The position numbers were made by a program, and so were the translations under genes. From a virus (Duplodnaviria; Caudoviricetes), in IMG/VR virus record IMGVR_UViG_3300032218_002330, positions 1 to 48,855 of that record: 48,855 nucleotides of DNA; one strand, written 5' to 3'. Below the pieces are notes generated by a model, which was not told where the DNA came from, did no database searches, and saw nothing but the letters and a program-made list of their open reading frames with translations. The stretch's first letter is position 1. Every line of letters begins with the position of its first letter. Positions 47,793 through 48,855 of the stretch are shown one piece after another.

Positions 47793-47983
47793 TGGAAGAT
47801 ACTATTTTTGAAGTAGCCTGCCTATACTATGAAATATGTGGGGCTAAAGAGACATTTTACTCTATTGAAGAGTATGAGATCTATGGGGATGACTATGTAT
47901 GCCCTGAATGCTATGATCAAGAGGATATGGGGTTTATGGGATATGATTCTTTCCCTATGTCTTTAGAATATGATGAGGGATGA
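47792..47983 (+). CDS. Very acidic Zn-binding micro-protein (63 aa)
   Basis: C-x5-C...CPEC; 18 D/E vs 1 K. Confidence 0.72.
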   Translation: MEDTIFEVACLYYEICGAKETFYSIEEYEIYGDDYVCPECYDQEDMGFMGYDSFPMSLEYDEG

Positions 47984-47984
47984 T

Positions 47985-48006
47985 TGTCAGTCCCCCCTGC
48001 TATAAT
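47985..48006 (+). promoter_or_regulatory. Early promoter
   Basis: TGTCAG-TCCCCCC-TGCTATAAT upstream of a GAAAGG RBS. Confidence 0.75.
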
Positions 48007-48033
48007 TGTCTTCTCTCCAAATGAAAGGGTCCT

Positions 48034-48756
48034 ATGACTACTTTAAAACGTTCAAATGATAGAAAGGTGGCTAACCTTGTCACCAAGAATGGCAAGCAGG
48101 CTGCAATTGCTAACACTTTCGGTTTACCTGCAGGCAAGGCCTATTCGTGCCCTGGCGCCACTAGTATCTGCGAAAGCGTATGCTATGCGGGAAAGCTTGA
48201 AAAATTATTTAAAGGCGTAAAGGCCAACCTTCTTCATAATTGGGACCTGCTAAAAGACGCTGATTCTAATACCATGAAAGATCTGCTTGATCAAATGATT
48301 GTAGAATTCAAGGCGGATTGTAATAAGAAAAGTGCACCGTTACTATTCCGTATTCACTGGGACGGGGATTTCTTCAATGATACTTATACGTATGCATGGA
48401 AAGATATTATCGAGTCTCATGCAGATGTACAATTTTGGGTATATACACGAGTAAAGTCTGCTGCATTAATACTTAAGGATATATCTAATCTCTCATTATA
48501 TTATTCAACGGATGATGAGAATATTTCTATCGCTACTGAATTAAAGCAAGATGAAGGTATTCGCCTTGCATATCTAGGAAAAACGTTTGCGTTAACTGAA
48601 AGTAAGATGAAAGAAATTACTGGCAAGGTTGGTGCAAAGTGTCCTGAAAATAATAAAAGCATTCCATTAATTAGCAATGCAGGATCCGCATGTGTGTCAT
48701 GCGGTTTATGCGTTTATGGAAAAGCAGATATTAGATTTTCTGCGAGTAAAAAATAA
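48034..48756 (+). CDS. GP88-like (radical-SAM-like) protein
   Basis: FGLPAG...SCPGAT..C...CYA, FRIHWDGDF, W.YTR, CP....C..C.LC. Confidence 0.8.
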   Translation: MTTLKRSNDRKVANLVTKNGKQAAIANTFGLPAGKAYSCPGATSICESVCYAGKLEKLFKGVKANLLHNWDLLKDADSNTMKDLLDQMIVEFKADCNKKSAPLLFRIHWDGDFFNDTYTYAWKDIIESHADVQFWVYTRVKSAALILKDISNLSLYYSTDDENISIATELKQDEGIRLAYLGKTFALTESKMKEITGKVGAKCPENNKSIPLISNAGSACVSCGLCVYGKADIRFSASKK

Positions 48757-48757
48757 T

Positions 48758-48841
48758 ATGATTACAGTGTTGGCCCATTTATTTATGTTGGGTATACTTG
48801 GGCTAATACTGTATATATTAAATTTATTTATTGATTTATAA
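48758..48841 (+). CDS. Possible hydrophobic micro-peptide (27 aa)
   Basis: ATG 1 nt after the GP88-like stop; single TM-like stretch; no clear RBS. Confidence 0.35.
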   Translation: MITVLAHLFMLGILGLILYILNLFIDL

Positions 48842-48855
48842 TTTGACATTCCCGC

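Overview
Low-GC (roughly one-third GC by eye) tailed dsDNA phage fragment, most likely a siphovirus of Actinobacteria. This host call is an inference from GAAAGG-type RBSs, a GP88-like gene, class II RNR plus ThyX, leaderless genes and a layout like the large Streptomyces BE/BK-type and freshwater actinophages. Bases 1-40.4 kb are one minus-strand block. In transcription order it holds a GT4 glycosyltransferase, nrdJ, a fibre island, a LamG protein, portal, protease/scaffold, capsid, head-tail connectors, major tail, a frameshifted chaperone pair, tape measure, Dit and baseplate genes. The fibre island has four collagen-like proteins, an adaptor, a Tyr-Pro repeat protein and its short paralog, a GT60-like GlcNAc transferase, two dUTPase-fold paralogs and a 2OG-Fe(II) prolyl-hydroxylase-like enzyme. 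Bases 40.5-43.2 kb carry a transglycosylase, ThyX, an HNH protein and micro-ORFs. Bases 43.3-48.85 kb are an early-type region of about 20 coupled micro-ORFs. They are driven by repeated TGTCAG-N7-TGnTAnnnT promoters decorated with CRP-like palindromes, perfect DnaA boxes and other operators. Best leads: (1) a candidate hydroxylation plus O-GlcNAc system for virion fibres, (2) a host-transcription-factor-reading promoter array, (3) an ADP-ribosyltransferase-like cargo inside the tape measure protein, (4) window-wide CCCGC enrichment. No tRNA, rRNA, CRISPR, integrase or terminase was recognised. All family assignments come from motif recognition by eye, not database searches.
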